45,016 bases of DNA from Reclinomonas americana ATCC 50394 (GCA_048213135.1 PS015071.1:186555-231570), one strand, 5' to 3'. Numbered from the stretch's first letter, positions 26,184-39,169 are shown. A program made the numbers and translations. Notes: a model not told the origin generated them from the letters alone.

Positions 26184-27882
26184 TCACCTTCCTAGAATTC
26201 CGTTCTGCACCGCTCTCCGCTGTGGTGCGTTAATGGAGAGTGTTGGCGGCACGTCGGCCACTCCCTCCTCGTAGCGCAGAATCGGTCGCCAGCTGGGATG
26301 ATCGCGCAACGACCACAGCACCAACACCGTGTACCACAACACACTCTGCCACAGCCAGTAGCCTTGCACCCAGTCAAAGACACCAAAGTGCACGAGGAAG
26401 CCGGCCACGATGCCCGACAAGTGGCCCTGGGCGAGCACGCATGAGGACGCTTGGGTGGCGAGGGGAAGAAGTGACGGTACGAGACAAAACTGCAAAACTG
26501 GCGCGTGGAATCAGCAACGAGGTCACCACAAGACTCGCAAACGGAGCCATATACGACGGCATCGCGAAGAAGAGGAAAGACACTCGTCCGTTCGGCACCT
26601 GCATCGCCTGCAGGGTCATGAGACCGAAGAGGACGCTGCGCGCGCGCACGTGGAACCAGAGTCAGCCACGACGAGGACGAGGCAGAGCAGAGCAAAATGA
26701 ACGAACCCCGAGTAGCCGACGGCATACTGCTCGGCGTACTCCGGATGACCGAAGCGTGTCACCAGCAAGTGATAGCAGCAGATCATGACCAGTTCGCCGA
26801 CGACCAGCAACAGAAACGTGACACGAAAGTATTCCTCCACGCCGTCCATCTTCGCGCGAGGGCAGAGCGTGAGCAACACACACATCATCACTAACATCGC
26901 CCCCACACCAGCAACCTGCCTTTTCCAAGGCACCGCCACTGGACCACAGAGTCGTCACGTTGAACGCCAAGTGCAGAATCGAGTAGTGCGACATGGTGGC
27001 CGTCAGCGTGCGCCACACTTGTCCCTCGCGAACGACCTCTGCAAGTGACACATGGAGGAGTGAGTGGTTGATCGAGGACAGCTGATCGTCACCACGGTCG
27101 TCTCTTGCATCTCTCTCTGCCGGTCTGCTCAGCTCAAAAGGACTTGATGTCACCATACGTATCGCTGCCAGTCTCTCACAAGACAACTCGACTCAAATCC
27201 AGTTGTGCAACTGATCGTCACCACCATGGCTGTCTCGTACAAGTCTGTTCAGCGCACGTATACCAGCTGTGCAACTGAGCTCTTGCAAGACAACTCGGCT
27301 CAAATGGTCTGCATCTCATCGCATCACCAGTTGTGCAACTGATCGTCACTCTAGCCTTCCCTCGCAGGACTGCTCAGCTCACATGGTCTTCATCTCATCG
27401 ATCACCACTATGGCTGTCTCGTACAAGCATCCTCAGCTCCCACTGAGTTCGTTATCGCTGGTCGTCACCCTGTCTGTCTCATGGTCTTCCTGTCACCGCA
27501 TGCAACGATCGGCACCCTGCCTGTCTCTTACAAGTCTCCTCAGCTCATGTGGTCTTCTTCTCATATGCAGCCGATCGTTACTCTGGCTGCCTTGCTGATC
27601 GCCAGTCCATTTGCCTTGAATGATCATCAATGATCACCGAGTTGTCTCACGTCATCAATCTCTCACTCTTCCACACACCACACTCATCCCCTCTTCTCTC
27701 CCTCGTCTCTCCTTTGCCCTCCCTTGCTCTCTCCCGCAACTATCATACGAAAACGCCACACTCTCCGCCGGCACATCCATGAGATTATACACCGCCCACA
27801 ACACCACACACAAGCCCGCAATGCTCGCCGTCAGTGGTCTCTCAACCACCTCATACAACAGGCTCTCTTGCACAAGAGACAT
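26184..27882 (-). CDS. Rhomboid intramembrane serine protease (RHBDD1/RBL-like)
   Basis: WR motif (GQVWRTLT), HxxxxHLAFN, catalytic AVGYSGVLFG and GHLSGIVAG. Four introns: 27740-27039, 26919-26850 (GC-AG), one starting ~26706 and one starting at 26490. Confidence 0.9.
27060..27600. repeat. Degenerate repeats inflating rhomboid intron 1 (702 nt)
   Basis: Recurrent motifs caactgatcgtcac, atggctgtctcgtacaag, gctcagctca and caagacaactcg. Confidence 0.65.
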
Positions 27883-27935
27883 GATAGGAAAACGCGACAA
27901 GAACAACGAACGGACGGATCGTCACTTTGCACACC

Positions 27936-28328
27936 ATGCAGCGCAGTTGGCCAACGGTGTGTGTCTCTTACTGTGGGTTCTCACACACACTCACACTTAC
28001 TCACTCACTGATCGCAGCGTGAGATGATCGATGTGCTCGTGCTCGACAACCACACACAAGACGAGGCAAGCGCCACACGAGTCGTGGAAGCACCAGTTAC
28101 ACACACTCTCTGTCTCTCACACACACACACCTCTGTGCTCATCCCTTGCCTCCCACTCTACAGGTCATTGAGTTGATTCGCGAGAACGGAGAGGGACCCA
28201 TGGTTGTGTTTGGAGGACGAGTGTTGGATCTTGAACGGCAGCGCTTGGAACGCGAGCTGCAGCAACAGGAGAGAGACATGGTGGAGGCAGCGCAACGCGG
28301 GCCTCGCAAGTTCCTCGGACTCTTCTGA
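27936..28328 (+). CDS. Small (~77 aa) hypothetical protein ending RKFLGLF
   Basis: Three exons give MQRSWPT|REMIDVLVLDNHTQDE|VIELIRENGEGPMVVFGGRVLDLERQRLERELQQQERDMVEAAQRGPRKFLGLF-TGA. The second donor is probably GC at 28066, with a GT alternative at 28081. Confidence 0.55.
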
Positions 28329-28369
28329 GAGAGTGTATTAATGGTGTTGTCGCGATCTTCTTCTTCCGT

Positions 28370-28699
28370 TCAGCTCGGCAGCGCGTCGTTGACGTACGGA
28401 GTGACGGCGCGAGTGGCGGCCAGAGTGAGCCCGAGCAGTGCGACCACGATGAACACGTAGGCGCGTGTTCTGCGGTAGTTGAGGCACACCATTTCCTCCA
28501 CGTCCACGTCGCCCTGCAGGCTCTGTGTGTGGCGGCGATGGTTGAGTGAGTGAGACAGCAAGCAGTGCACACAGCAGCATCGCGTACCAGTGGTCTGCCG
28601 GCCTCGAGCGCCGCGGAGGCGTTGATGGGCTGGCCGCTCTTGCCGACGGCACCGGCCAGTGGTCTGGTGCCGGCAGCACCGCCGCCGGCGGTGGCGCCC
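28370..28699 (-). CDS. Terminal exons encoding a Gly/Ala linker plus a hydrophobic helix; probable C-terminus of the aminoacylase gene
   Basis: GATAGGGAAG...AGRPL|gtacgc...cag|SLQGDVDVEEMVCLNYRRTRAYVFIVVALLGLTLAATRAVTPYVNDALPS-TGA. It is separated from the ACY1 exons by a 735-N gap. Confidence 0.5.
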   Translation of the reverse strand, partial: GRHRRRRCCRHQTTGRCRRQERPAHQRLRGARGRQTTGTRCCCVHCLLSHSLNHRRHTQSLQGDVDVEEMVCLNYRRTRAYVFIVVALLGLTLAATRAVTPYVNDALPS

Positions 28700-29434
28700 N
28701 NNNNNNNNNNNNNNNNNNNNNNNNNNNNNNNNNNNNNNNNNNNNNNNNNNNNNNNNNNNNNNNNNNNNNNNNNNNNNNNNNNNNNNNNNNNNNNNNNNNN
28801 NNNNNNNNNNNNNNNNNNNNNNNNNNNNNNNNNNNNNNNNNNNNNNNNNNNNNNNNNNNNNNNNNNNNNNNNNNNNNNNNNNNNNNNNNNNNNNNNNNNN
28901 NNNNNNNNNNNNNNNNNNNNNNNNNNNNNNNNNNNNNNNNNNNNNNNNNNNNNNNNNNNNNNNNNNNNNNNNNNNNNNNNNNNNNNNNNNNNNNNNNNNN
29001 NNNNNNNNNNNNNNNNNNNNNNNNNNNNNNNNNNNNNNNNNNNNNNNNNNNNNNNNNNNNNNNNNNNNNNNNNNNNNNNNNNNNNNNNNNNNNNNNNNNN
29101 NNNNNNNNNNNNNNNNNNNNNNNNNNNNNNNNNNNNNNNNNNNNNNNNNNNNNNNNNNNNNNNNNNNNNNNNNNNNNNNNNNNNNNNNNNNNNNNNNNNN
29201 NNNNNNNNNNNNNNNNNNNNNNNNNNNNNNNNNNNNNNNNNNNNNNNNNNNNNNNNNNNNNNNNNNNNNNNNNNNNNNNNNNNNNNNNNNNNNNNNNNNN
29301 NNNNNNNNNNNNNNNNNNNNNNNNNNNNNNNNNNNNNNNNNNNNNNNNNNNNNNNNNNNNNNNNNNNNNNNNNNNNNNNNNNNNNNNNNNNNNNNNNNNN
29401 NNNNNNNNNNNNNNNNNNNNNNNNNNNNNNNNNN

Positions 29435-30662
29435 ACCGCCCTCGGCCACCGCCGGGATGACATTGTAGGAGAAGTTGATCCAGTCCTTGGTGGTGCCGCC
29501 CTTGACCCACGTGAGGTTCACGCTGGTCACGTCGCCAAGCTCGCGCTTCCGTCCCAGCTCCTTCGACTCCTCGCCCACCAGCTGCTCTTGCGAGTCGCGG
29601 TACTCCATGAGAATGTCCGCAAAGTTCACCTTTTGCAAGCAAAACCATTGGCATTTGCGCAGAGGGAGAAAAGGGGCAGACGACAACGCAACAAGTTTCG
29701 ACATGGCAGTGCCCTTGACGAAGCGACTGCCGTGGCCGGGTGGGCCAGTGGCCTTGATGCGGAACACTGCGGGCGACGCACAAAGAGAGAGGACGAGTGA
29801 GACGACAAGCGAGGAAGTAGGGAACTCCAGCAAGTTGTGCAACGCAACGCCAAATGGCACGCTCGCCGTAATTGAGCGGCACCGTAGGCGTCGGATCGGC
29901 GAGACCCTCGTCGATGAGAACAGCCAGGTTGAGCCGCGTGAACTCCTCCGTGTGCACCCACATGTGCACGCCGGCGGCCTCGGCCTTGCCGCCGATTTCC
30001 TCGTCTGCGGCGACGAGAGAGAAGAGGTGGGCAAACAGAGACGCGAGAGCGCGTGGTACGAGGACCTCACCTGGCACGTAGAAGATGTGAATGGTCCGGC
30101 GCGGCACGAATCCACTCTCCTTCAACCGCGCCGCCGCAAACATGTGCTGCACACCGACCGACTTCATGTCTTGCGATCCACGCGCATAGATGCGGCCATC
30201 GACTGCAACAACAACAATGCCAGTGAGCAGACAGAGAGAGCGTGCGTGCGCTGTGTGAGTGAGCGCGCATGCCTTCCTCGGCGGCAAACGGCGGGTACGT
30301 CCACTTGTCGCTCTCCGCCGGCACCACATCCATGTGCGAGATGAATCCGACCGAGGGCAACTCCGGCTGCGTGCCGCGCCACGTGACCACAAGGAAAGGC
30401 CGATTCGGTCGCAGGGCGAACGAGTGCGTGGCGAAGCCAAAGCCCTCTGCGACTCTGGACACAGTGGTGAGACACAGGCGGAGCGCGCGCACACTCTCAG
30501 AGGAACTTTGTCAAGTAGGCGAGCGAGTTAGCATAGTCGGGGTTGGGATGGTCGGTGCGGATGCGAAGATACTCCTGTGTGTCTCGTGAGTGATGAAAGA
30601 GCGGCGACATGCACAATGCATGCATGCATTCGCACCTTGAAGAAATGCACCATGGTCTCATC

Positions 30663-30761
<99 letters not shown>

Positions 30762-31338
30762 GTACGTACGTACTACGTANNNNNNNNNNNNNNNNNNNNN
30801 NNNNNNNNNNNNNNNNNNNNNNNNNNNNNNNNNNNNNNNNNNNNNNNNNNNNNNNNNNNNNNNNNNNNNNNNNNNNNNNNNNNNNNNNNNNNNNNNNNNN
30901 NNNNNNNNNNNNNNNNNNNNNNNNNNNNNNNNNNNNNNNNNNNNNNNNNNNNNNNNNNNNNNNNNNNNNNNNNNNNNNNNNNNNNNNNNNNNNNNNNNNN
31001 NNNNNNNNNNNNNNNNNNNNNNNNNNNNNNNNNNNNNNNNNNNNNNNNNNNNNNNNNNNNNNNNNNNNNNNNNNNNNNNNNNNNNNNNNNNNNNNNNNNN
31101 NNNNNNNNNNNNNNACACACACACAATGAGTGATCTTGACACGCACACACTCTCTCTCTCATGCACTCACACACGCACCTGAGGTATCCGGCAGCGCATT
31201 CCACTCGCGCAACTGATGCAACGGAGAAGACGGAGCAGCGGCCTTCTCACCAAGCTGCGCGATCCATGAGGAGCCCGCGCCCAAGTACACTGCCCAGATG
31301 ACCACCACCAGCCACAAGTCCCACCGACGCCACAACAT
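29435..31338 (-). CDS. ACY1: Aminoacylase-1-like M20 metallopeptidase (partial, runs into a gap) with an N-terminal hydrophobic signal
   Basis: Motifs EYLRIRTDHPNPDY, SHMDVVP, DGRIYARGSQDMK, PDEEIGG, IDEGLA, YGERAIW, GHGSRF, GDVTSVNLT and NVIP. N-terminus MLWRRWDLWLVVVIWAVYLGAGS. Confidence 0.9.
30666..30758. repeat. (CA)n microsatellite in an ACY1 intron
   Basis: Perfect CA run. Confidence 0.95.
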
Positions 31339-31584
31339 GCTGCTTTCTTTTGCACACAGAGAGTTCGGAAAAAGGCTGTGAGTGATCGACGGAATGGTCT
31401 CGCAATCTTGTCTTTCCAGAAAAACACGCCAACAGCGCAAGTGCAGAAGTCTCTGTCTATGTGTATTACGCCTCCTGGGAGCTGGGCATTGGGCATTTGC
31501 CTTGGGTATGTGGCAGCCGATATCAGCAAATTTCGAGTTCGTCAGCAGCCGTTTCGTTCGTTGTTGGGATTTGTGGAGCGAAGA

Positions 31585-34500
31585 ATGCAGACGATACGTG
31601 CGCGCACCTGTCTGGTTGCGGTACTCGTCGCTGCGTGCTTCCTTGCTGTCGCTGCCCTCTTGTCCTCGGCTGCTGGTGAGTCTCGACGCATGTGCACGCT
31701 GCGAGCGCGCGTCTCTTTGTTCGCATGCAGTTTCTCTCCCACTCTCTCCGCACGACTTGTCTCTCTTTCCTTTTTCTCACACTGTCAATGACATCCAAGC
31801 GCACACATACTCTCTCATCTATGCATCCTTGAAAAGATAGGGCGAGAGAAAAAAGGGAATGCAGAGAGAGAAACGGTCGACGAGCACAATTTGCGCGCCA
31901 AACTCATCATTCATCCGCATACAGTCCTCGTTCCCTCGTCGCTCGTCATCCGCGCCGAGACCGCTGGTCAGCTCGTCGACCTCTCGCTTGTGGGTGTGCC
32001 GACGAATGCTGCATTCACCACCACCTCCACACTCCGAGTGTTTGCATCGCGCACGTGTGAGGGAGTGGCGCCCACTGTCGTGTCGGCACTGTTGAGTGTC
32101 AACAGCAGCAGTGGTGCTGCCACTGTCGCGTTCTCTGCGGCTGCCGACCGTGGTGGCGAGCGCTTTCTCTGTGTCGACTATGACGGCGTCGCCGCCGATG
32201 CATTTGACATGGAGTTTGTTGGCATCGTCTATGTCTGTGAGTCTTTCCTCCCCTTCTCTTCTGTCTTCGCCTCCCCTCCCGCGCCACTCACTCCCACTTT
32301 CGGTGCAGACGCCTCCCCGTCGTCCACGCCTCCGCTCCCACGGAGCATCCCCCTCGGCATGGCGGCATTCTCGATGAGTGTGCCGACGCAGTTCATTCCG
32401 CGCTCGCCTGTTCCCGGTGCCACCGCCACGTTTGAGCTGCGCTCGCAGGCCGACTGCACCGGTCCGAGTGTAGTCAACACGCAGGTGAAGCTGAAGTCCA
32501 TCGACGGCGCGTCTGTCGTGCTCTCCGTGGCCACCGCCACGTCCTTTGGTGAAGGCTCCAAGGGACCACTGGCCACCGGTACGTGTGCACTGGCGCCCTC
32601 GCGGTCGACATTCTTGTGTGGTCGGCGAGTGTACTCCGCGCTTACCTCACTCTGCGCTCTTTTTCAAGACTCACTCTTTCCGTCGTCGCCACAGTTTTCA
32701 GACCGGCGGCACACTATTGTATCGGTTGCCTGTCGAGTCCGTGTTCCTGGTTACCGGCACCCCCAAAGGAGGCAGTTCAACGGCAACTCCAGTCGCTTAT
32801 GCCACGCCCACTCTGCTCGAGTTTGGCAAGCAGAACGTCATCACCATCGGCTCCAGCTCGCGCACACTGAACGACTGCACAGCCTTCAAGCTTGTCTCGT
32901 TTGGTCTGGACTGTGCCTCGACCCCGGATTATTCCAGCGCACCATCAGCTACCGGTGCCACCATGACCACAATTGGACCGGCGTTGTGTGAGTTCGCCAC
33001 CGGTTGCGGCAGCTTCCTCATCTCTGTCACCCCGAACTCGTCGCTCGGCGGTGCGGCTCTCCAGCTCTGCGTCGCCGTCAACAATCAAGAGTACAAGCGG
33101 ACCAGCGAAGCCTTCGTCTCCGGCATCATGGTGCTCACTGGTCAAGCCGATGCACGCATCGGGAAGTCGAGGAAGGCTACCAGTACCAGCTCAGCCGCTT
33201 TCGACTACGACGTAATGACACTCTTTCCTCGGCGCTTCTTTCGCACGCCGCGCGTGCTGTTCGGGATTCAGCACTTTGAATATCTCGGCGTCGCAGCGGA
33301 CACCTATGTCAGCTGTGGCAAGCCGACCGTGTCGACGAGTTCACTGACGACGACCTGTACGGCCTCAGTGTCGACTTTGAAATTGAGTGCGTTCCTTTCC
33401 ATGCGTTCTTGCTGTCTGTCGGCCTGCGTCTGTCTTATGAATGCTTCCGGCGTAGACTATCTGGCATTCTACGCACACCCCGACAGTGCGTATTCTGCAG
33501 ACGGGCAGCTCAATGTGTCGAACGGCAACGCGTGGACGGGAGCGAGTACCACCAAGAACGTGTCGACCGTGAGTCTGTCATTGTCGTGCCGCAGAGATTG
33601 AGTACTGCTGTGTTTGCTGACGTTCTTCTTGGCACAGACGGAGACCGTGTCTGCGAAAGCCACGTTCGCCACCATTCCCACATATGCGCTCGCCGTGTAC
33701 GGAGTGAGCACGTCGCGGTTCCCTGTCAAGGGCAACAAGACAGCACTCTCCGACAACTTTCTGGCTTCCGTCAGCCAGCCGTTTCGTGACAAAGTCCAGA
33801 TTCGCTCGACGGTGGCTGGAGACGCGCGAGTCTCGAGCCTGTCGTTGTCGCTCATCGCCGCCCCGGCCCGTCCCGATGGCACCAACACCAGTGGATTTGT
33901 TGTTCTCTCGGGAGGTGAGTTTTCCCTGCGCGTGCCACTGAGTGGCTCAACAGAAGACTAACGCTTGTCGTGACGTAGAAATCACCCACAACTCCAACTT
34001 GCTGACGGCCTCTGTCAGCCTCCTTCTGCCTCAGTGTCCACAAGGCATATTTGCGCCGACCCTTTCGACACAGCTGTTTCTCCGTGGGTGGCGCACTGCC
34101 GGTTCCGGTTCCAGCGCGGGAATGCGTATTGCCCATCGAGTGCTGTCTGACACAATCCGAGTCACCACGAAACTCGTGGACGGTGACTCGTTTGCTGTGG
34201 CCTTCACTTACAACGTCGTCGATCCGGGCATCGGCAACGCATCGTTTGTGACTTGGGTGGCCATTGGCCGGTCTCGTGTGTCGGCACCAGTCAACTGTCC
34301 GCTCGGTTTCACTGGCTCCGACTGCAGTCGCTGCTCGTTCGACCCCGCCATCACTCAGTGCTCTGCTGATTTCCTCAACGTGGTGTCGTGCTCAGCAGAC
34401 GGCGCGGTGAGCAGAGTCAAGTGTGCTACTGGTGATGTTTGTCGAGCGTCTTCACCGACCGCTGCGTCGTGCATCACGCCGTGCACCGTTGAGGGCGCTA

Positions 34501-37500
34501 CAACTTGTCTCACCGACAATAGCGGAGTCGCCACTTGTGTTGGTGGTGCTCTACAGCGCACGCAGTGTGACAGTGGAACGCGGTGTGTTCCGTCGTCCAA
34601 CAACGGTGTGTCGTACGCTGCGTGCGTCTCACTGTGCTCCACCTTTTCGAATCCGTGCTCTGGTAACGGCACCTGCACCGCTGACGGCACATGCCGCTGT
34701 CGCACGAATTATTTCGGAGTCGGCTGCGATAAGTTCTGCTCGGCCTCTACCACGTGTTCGGGGAAGGGCGCCTGTCGTACGGATGGTTCGTGCAACTGCA
34801 ACTCGGATTTCTTCGGCAGTGACTGCTCTGCATACTGTGTGCCATTTTCCACATGCTCTGGTCGCGGTTCTTGCAAGGCCGACGGAACGTGTCAGTGTGA
34901 CGCAGGCTATTATGGATCGTCGTGTAACGTCAGTTGTTTCGCGGCCAGCACATGCTCCGGCCACGGTTCGTGCAAGACGGACGGAACGTGTCAGTGTGTT
35001 GGTGACTATGTCAACAGCAACTGCAACTGCAGTCCGTCGGTGACGTGCTCTGATCATGGGTCGTGCAACGCCAATGGATCGTGCCAGTGTGATGCGAATT
35101 ACTACGGATCATCGTGCAGTGTCAACTGTGTGGCGAGCAGCACATGCAGCGGCCACGGTACGTGCAAGACGGACGGAACGTGTCAGTGCACCGGCGACTA
35201 TGTCAACAGCAACTGCAACTGCAGTCCGTCGGTGACGTGCTCTGGTCACGGTTCGTGCAATGTTGACGGATCGTGTCAGTGCGATGCGAATTACTACGGA
35301 TCATCGTGCAGTGTCAACTGTGTGGCGAGCAGCACATGCAGCGGACACGGTACGTGCAAGACGGACGGAACGTGTCAGTGCACCNNNNNNNNNNNNNNNN
35401 NNNNNNNNNNNNNNNNNNNNNNNNNNNNNNNNNNNNNNNNNNNNNNNNNNNNNNNNNNNNNNNNNNNNNNNNNNNNNNNNNNNNNNNNNNNNNNNNNNNN
35501 TGGTTCATGCAATGTTGACGGATCGTGTCAGTGTGATGCGAATTACTACGGATCATCGTGCAACGTCAACTGTGTGGCGAGCAGCACATGCAGCGGCCAC
35601 GGTACGTGCAAGACGGATGGAACGTGCCAGTGCACTGGCGACTATGTCAACAGCAACTGCAACTGCAGTCCGTCGGTGACGTGCTCTGGTCACGGTTCGT
35701 GCAACGTCGATGCGACGTGCCAGTGTGATGCGAATTACTACGGATCATCGTGCAGCATCAACTGTGTGGCGAGCAGCACATGCAGCGGACACGGTACGTG
35801 CAAGACGGACGGAACGTGCCAGTGCACCGGCGACTATGTCAACAGCAACTGCAACTGCAGTCCGTCGGTGACGTGCTCCGGTCACGGTTCATGCAACGTC
35901 GATGCGACGTGCCAGTGCGATGCGAGTTACTACGGATCATCGTGCAACGTCAACTGTGTGGCGAGTAGCACATGCAGCGGCCACGGTACGTGCAAGACGG
36001 ATGGAACGTGTCAGTGCACTGGCGACTATGTCAACAGCAACTGCAACTGCAGTCCGTCGGTGACGTGCTCTGATCATGGGTCGTGCAACGCCAATGGAAC
36101 GTGCCAGTGCGATGCGAGTTACTACGGATCATCGTGCAGCATCAACTGTGTGGCGAGCAGCACATGCAGCGGACACGGTACGTGCAAGACGGATGGAACG
36201 TGTCAGTGCACTGGCGACTATGTCAACAGCAACTGCAACTGCAGTCCGTCGGTGACGTGCTCTGGTCACGGTTCGTGCAATGTTGACGGATCGTGTCAGT
36301 GCGATGCGAATTACTACGGATCATCGTGCACCGTGAACTGTGTAGAGGCCAACACGTGCTCCGATAACGGTACATGCAAGATGGATGGGACGTGCCTGTG
36401 TAATGCAGATTTCTTTGGGCCGTCGTGCAGTGTAAACTGCGTGGCCGACGTCACATGCTCTGGTCACGGTACATGTAAGGCGGACGGGTCGTGTCAGTGT
36501 GACAGCGACTACGTGAACAGCAACTGCAGTTGCAGTCCGTCGGTGACGTGCTCCGGTCATGGTTCGTGCAAATCGGATGGCACCTGCCTCTGCAGCTCCG
36601 ACTATTACGGATCATCGTGCAGCGTCAACTGCTTGTTCTCGAGCACGTGTTCTGGTAATGGCACGTGTAAGACGGACGGAACGTGTCAGTGCACCGGCGA
36701 CTATGTCAATAGCAACTGCAACTGCAGTCCGACGGTGACGTGCTCTGGTCACGGTTCGTGCAACGCCGATGGAACGTGCCAGTGTGACAACGGATTCAGT
36801 GGCGTGTCGTGCAACAGCGCCGGCTCGTCGTGCACTGCCGCCACCACATGCTCCGGTCACGGCTCGTGTCAGCCGGATGGGACGTGTCAGTGTGACGCGA
36901 ATTACTACGGATCATCATGCAGCGTCAACTGTGTGACGGCCACTACGTGCAGTGGTCACGGCACGTGCAAAGTCGACGGTTCGTGCCAGTGTTACAGCGG
37001 ATTCAGTGGCTCCTCGTGTGCTATTGGATCGGAATGTACCGCAGCCACCACGTGTTCCGGCAATGGGTTCTGCAAAACCGACGGCACATGTCTATGTACC
37101 GGTGACTACGACAACAGCAGCTGCAACTGCAGTCCGTCGGTGACGTGTTCCGGTCATGGTTCGTGCAAATCGGACGGAACGTGCCTGTGCAGCTCTGTGT
37201 GGAGTGGTGAGTCAAGCCTGTCTGCCGCTGGTTTGTCGCTGGGCGACTGTTGTTGGTTAACATGTCAGTGTGCATGCAGGATCATCTTGCGCGTGCGCAA
37301 ACTTCACCATCAGCTTTGCCGCCACTTGGCAGTCCGTGTTTACCAACAGCGACGGGTCGTCCATCGTGGCTGTCGCGGACAAGAGACTGTACGCATCTGT
37401 CGACCGGGGGCAATCGTGGGCCACGTTCCCGTCTAACCCCATCCGATGGTGGTCCATTGTCGCCAACGAGGACGCAACTCGGATTCTCGCCGCCGGCGAG

Positions 37501-39075
37501 ACCGCCACGTCGTACTACACGCGGAGCACGTCATCTGACGCGTTTTCCAGTCCTTCCACATTCTCGGCCGGTCTTGGCGGCGCCGGTATCGCCTCCTCAG
37601 CGTCTGGCAGCAGCACCTTGGACGTCATGGTATTCACGAGCGCAGCGTCCGTGGCACCACTGCAGCGACTGCGTGTGTCCACGAACGGAGGCACATCGTT
37701 CTTGACGGGCGACAACGGCACGGCTCGCAACTGGTCGGCAGTGGCCGTCAGCCGTGATGGGAGTAAGCTGGCGGCCGCGGTGAAGAGTGGTCAGATTTAC
37801 CTTGCATCCACCGCTGCTGGAGTCACTGGCGCATGGACGGCTGTGGATGCCAACCGGGCGTGGTCGGCGATTGCCCTGAGTGGAAACGGGACGAAAATGG
37901 TTGCGGCTGTGAATGGTGGACAACTGTACACGTCTGTCAACTCGGGAGCCAGCTGGGTTGCCAGAGAGTCAACTCGCAGCTGGGTGTCTGTGGCCTCCGA
38001 CTCCACCGGCGACAAGCTGGTCGCCGCTGTGAGTGGCGGCCAGATCTACACGTCCACTGACGCAGGAGTGACGTGGACTGCTCGTGCTACGGTACAGTTG
38101 TGGACCTCTGTGGCCTCCAACGCTGACGGCACTCGACTGCTGGCTGGCGTGGGCAACTTTGGTCAGCTCTTTACGTCGTCTGATTCCGGCGTCACCTGGA
38201 ATGTGGAGTATGGGACGAATGTGCAAACGACACAGTGGTTTGCTGGTGCCATGAGCCGCAACGGCAACAAGATGTATGCTGCCATTAAGAACGGGCCGGT
38301 GTATCGGTCGGTGGACGCTGGGGCGACTTGGACGACTCTGGGCTCGACGCGCAACTGGTCCTCCCTCTATTCGAGTGCTGACGGTAACACACTGTATGCC
38401 GTCATTGGTAGCACCACCGGTGTTCTTGTGTCAACTGACGCGGGAGAGACGTGGGTATCCCGAGGATCGGGGTCCACATTTTCGTCGACGTCAATCGCGG
38501 TTGCGAAGAACGGAACCGTCTATGCCGGCGTTGGTACCACGATACAGTATTCTACCGACGCGGGGTTTACGTGGCACGTGCTGACGGGCAGTCCTCGGTC
38601 GACTTTGTTGGCGACGAGCGATGATGGAATGGTCATCTACTCTACTCAAGGCGGCAGTGTCGTCAGTGCATCATTTGACGGTGGCCTGACATGGGCCACG
38701 GTGCAGAGCAGCGACTCGTGGCTTGCGTTGTCGTGCAGCGGTGATGGCAGCCGAGTCGCAATCATCACTGCCACCACGCTGCTGTCGTCCTCCGATTTCG
38801 GTGCCACGTGGAGTTCCGCCTCGCCAGCCGCCGACAGCAGCTGGTATTACGTGGCGGTGAGCAGTGACGGCACGCAGATCGCCGCCTTTGACAGCACCTC
38901 GCTCCTCCTCTCCACGGATGGCGTCACGTTCACCGCGCGATCGAATGCGACCGTGACTTCCTCCTCAGCGTTCAACTTTTACGTTCTCAGTGCCGATCTG
39001 CGCAAGTACCTCGCGTCGCACTACGCCGCCGGATTCGGATTCCCGGTGCTGGCCGTTGGCGGCGACTGTGGCTGA
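31585..39075 (+). CDS. Large secreted protein: Ig-like repeats, H-lectin-like repeats, roughly 25-30 tenascin-type EGF repeats and an Asp-box (BNR) beta-propeller region
   Basis: Signal peptide MQTIRARTCLVAVLVAACFLAVAALLSSAA; seven introns. CSGHGxCxxDGxCxCxxxYxGxxC repeats span ~34640-37300. About 13 S-x-D-x-G-x-T-W boxes span 37310-39075. Stop TGA at 39075; no TM helix seen. Confidence 0.85.
34940..36340 (+). repeat. Coding tandem repeat, ~186-bp unit (two EGF modules, 62 aa)
   Basis: Near-identical units gactatgtcaacagcaactgcaactgcagtccgtcggtgacgtgctc recur at ~186-bp spacing. Confidence 0.9.
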
Positions 39076-39169
39076 TAAGAATGAACAAAGAGAGAGCTTT
39101 ACGCCTCTGTCCCCCATGTCTTATGCATCTCGCCCACTCACAACCGCACACCGCAGTGTCAAAGTTCAT

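Noticed and set aside
30455-30510. Apparent in-frame TGA in ACY1 (YLTKFL*E), suggesting stop-codon reassignment or selenocysteine
   Set aside because: A 52-nt GTTCCT...CAG intron removes it and gives YLTKVAEGFG, which aligns without a gap to recalled ACY1. TGA, TAA and TAG all act as stops elsewhere in the window.
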